Source: Octopus bimaculoides (lineage: Eukaryota). Taken from it: a DNA stretch of 35,527 nucleotides. The DNA is taken from positions 30,339,425-30,374,951 of the forward strand of contig NC_068996.1 of the NCBI RefSeq assembly GCF_001194135.2, given 5' to 3'. The position numbers and the translations under genes are program-made. The notes beneath the pieces were generated by a model. That model saw only the letters and a list, made by a program, of their open reading frames with translations. It did no database searches and was not told the DNA's origin. Of the stretch, positions 32,670-35,527 are shown piece after piece; position 1 is the stretch's first letter; each line of letters begins with the position of its first letter.

Positions 32670-34850
32670 AGTTCCAAAAACTCAGAGCTGTAACCACCAA
32701 TGTAAGTACTATAAAAGGTTGATCTGGTGAGGTTGTAACGGTTTTGGCTCTTCTTTGAAGTCGAGGGTCATCACCAATTGTAATTGTTTGTTGTTAGTTG
32801 ATTGCCATTATGTAAAGAGGAAAGAACAGTGATTAAAGTTGTAAAGAAAATATCTATTTTTACTGTTACATTGTAAAATACCTTCCCTCGGGCAGGTGAT
32901 AAAATTGTAAAGCATGCGAGGTAAAAAAAGTTAATTTCGGCCTGTATGTTCTTATTGTAGCAATAAACCACAGAGAGAGATATGGTAATGTACAGAGAAA
33001 AGAACATAAGCTAAGCTAGTGATAGTGAGAGAGTCGAGGGAAGTTGTTTCGCATAATCGCTGATTGTAACTTCCTTTTTCCCTCTGGCCGTTTGTAGCTG
33101 CTTGCTTATGACCATGATTCTAGTGGGCCGTTCACTAACTGATGGTCACTCTCTCTAACTCGGGTTCTCACTAACTCACTAATTGACTTTAGCTTGGGGG
33201 TTCTTGTTTTTATAACTATCCAGAAGGATAGACATATCGTTGAGAACAATAGATTCCGTTGGTGGTACTTGTTATCTTAATTCTAGCTTTTGGTGGCTTA
33301 TTAGAGGTCAGAAGGGTCAAGAGGCGAAGACATCATTTAGCTTAGCTAAGGCATCTGCCAAATGTAAACTGCTATCATAGAAAAACTATTGTTTCACCGT
33401 GAGAAAAGTTCTGTTGAACTGTTACTTGAAATTTGGCTATGGTGGATCGAATCCACTTCATGCCTGCATAGTGAGATCGTGGTCGTGATGGAGTGGAAAT
33501 GAGTGAACGTGTGCTTGCTCAAAAAGTAAGACTGAAAAAATCCTTATCTAACTCCTCATAGGCAAGAAACAGCAATACAAATTCTTCTGGGTGAATAAAA
33601 GCTATGATACAATTAGGGTATGCATTATCTGAAAAAATGGATAGAGTAATTGAGATAACCAGGGTATGTAATAAAGGAATTAAGTTGAGACTAGTTATAA
33701 CAACTATATTTATTTCTTAATACACCCCACAGGATTGGCAGACGAACAGCAAGACCATTTCTTTGAGACCTTTCGGCAAACTACTTTCACTACGATTAAA
33801 AGCGACTTCATTATTGTGACTCAGAGAACCAAAATGTCATTTAGAAGTGTGTATCAGAAATGATGAAAGCACATTTGCCATTGTTACTGATGGTAAAAAA
33901 GACGTGTAGAAGAGCTAATAAAAGAGGCTGTTGTATGTGGTTAATACGTGGGATAAAGAGGAGCTACTTCAGGCTGACTACAGAGAAAACAGCAATTCAA
34001 ATTGACAGTAGTGTGTTAGACAGAGTGATTATGGACATGAACTCGGGGATAGCAGTTGGGCCATAAGGAATAATCACTGGAATGCTCAAAATATCTGTTA
34101 AGGTAGGACACATGATAGTCACTTCAATAGTTAATCTGCTTATACAGGTTGTTGTCATATCCAGCAACGAGTGTAGCAATATCATTGCAAACTGCAACAA
34201 GTGCCAAGGAGGTGCTATAGAGACAGGAAATTATAGGCATCATGTTGCTATCCGTGGGAACTCTTATATGCTGATGAATCTAATTTACATAGTTAAATTT
34301 ACAGAAAAATTAGAGGCGAAATTTCAGGCTTGTAAGCAAAACCTAGAACCAAGAAGCCTCGAAGTGAACTTAGTAAAAACTAAGGTTTTAGCAAGTAGGG
34401 ACGAATACAGGAAATGGTCTTGCTCAAAATGCATAAAAAGAGAAGGTGTAAACTTTTTGTGTAGTACCCATTGTAAGGACATACAAGTGTACTGGAATCA
34501 CGGGCTGACTTACTAGAAGCAGTCGAGAGCTCTTCTTACCTAAGTCACATAATTAGCAAGGGAGATGGTTGTTCAGAAAGTATAGTAGCCAGGGTAATGA
34601 AGATCTTTTCCCACCGAATGACAGGTGGATTGTACGATGCTTGTGTTAGAACTGCGATGTTACATAGTAGTCAGACGTGGGTTTCGAATATAGAAGATTT
34701 GCGAAGGTGGGAAAGAAATCAGACAAATATGCTCCGACGGATGTGTTATATTAGTATGCACCCAAAACGAGGTAACTCGAACCATGACAATCTATCAAAC
34801 CCAAACCAACATGGAAAGCAGATGTAAAATTATGATGATAATTATGATTA
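32670..34850 (+). pseudogene. Old, internally deleted RTE LINE (APE endonuclease plus RT remnants), split by the LTR-like unit
   Basis: KLRAVTTNVSTIKG*SGEVV (32670-32735) resumes as EIV.. at 33471. It continues with GKKQQYKFFW, LEAKFQACKQNLEPRSLEVNLVKTKVL, GDGCSESIVARV and LYDACVRTAMLH, then the RTE tail catggaaagcagatgtaaaattatgatgat. Confidence 0.75.
32734..33470 (-). mobile_element. LTR-like unit, family B copy 2, inserted in an old RTE
   Basis: Colinear similarity to 28540-29215 (e.g. gaaggatagacatat, ttctagcttttggtggc, gaggtcagaagggtcaag). Termini unclear. Confidence 0.6.
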
Positions 34851-34976
34851 TACACATGATATATATACACACGCGCGCGTGAGTACATAGAATTACAACA
34901 CGTATTAGAAGAAGCGAGACGACTAGCTTACTCAGCGAGGGAGAAAGCAGAATGGTGGAAAATGAAGTTTACCGAT

Positions 34977-35478
34977 TGTAGCGTGATACAAGAAGCCAAC
35001 ATCATTTTGTGCGAGATCTCGCCGGCAGCCATTACCATGTCCGAGACAAGAGCGAGATCTCGCCTACAACCATGTTTGCCATGCGCGAGACCACAGCGAG
35101 GCTCTCGTGGGCAACATCTACTTAAGGAGGCATGTTAAGGTGATTCTCTCTCTTGCGTTCGCGCTCACGCTGAGAAACACTGTAAACTGGCAGCTCACAC
35201 CAGATTCTTGTCTTGCTCTAACTTCACCCATTATCTCCAGAGGTAATGTACCTCACGCGAACGGAGCTATAACGAACTACGCGCTGCCATACAGATGGTC
35301 GCCGGGAGAGAACCCCATGAATGAGAACAAAATAAACAAACATTGAATTGCATCCGCTTGTAAGCTTCTTCTTTCGAGTTCCATATCCTAAGACTACAGA
35401 AAATAATTGTAATGGGAAAAGGAGATACTCCGCAAGTATCATGAGCCTTCGAGTCCCATCATAAAATGGTGACCCCGA
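34977..35478 (+). mobile_element. Probable 5' LTR plus tRNA-Trp primer binding site of an LTR retrotransposon running off the window
   Basis: CpG-rich segment with AATAAA (~35331); possible LTR ends at ACTACA (35398) or CATCA (35461); TGGTGACCCCGA at 35467-35478. LTR boundaries are uncertain. Confidence 0.45.
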
Positions 35479-35527
35479 TCAAGAAAAAGGATTTCGGCAG
35501 CCGCAAAGCTTTATCGTTGTAGATGCC

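Overview
AT-rich, microsatellite-dense metazoan DNA. The SINE/LINE content points to an octopus (inference). Bases ~0.3-16.4 kb hold a complete, intact septin gene of the SEPT6/8/10/11 group on the + strand. It has 10 well-supported coding exons plus a likely 12-nt first coding exon, giving a ~414-aa protein, and its introns carry SINEs, RTE-LINE fragments and a piggyBac-like MITE. Bases 16.4-35.5 kb contain no recognisable host coding exon and form a nest of transposable elements: a mariner MITE, RTE fragments, a decayed Tigger/pogo transposon with a nested RTE, a decayed Penelope-like element (YRDD-type RT plus GIY-YIG), Helitron-like tandem repeats, four solo-LTR-like units and a probable 5' LTR with a tRNA-Trp primer binding site. 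The most unusual object is a 446-bp insertion (19314-19759) flanked by a 9-bp direct repeat. It has a tRNA-derived Pol III head between two inverted 149-bp arms, each carrying a minimal type I hammerhead ribozyme motif. It looks like a tRNA-headed, ribozyme-bearing non-autonomous Penelope-type retroelement. All calls were made by eye; no searches were run.
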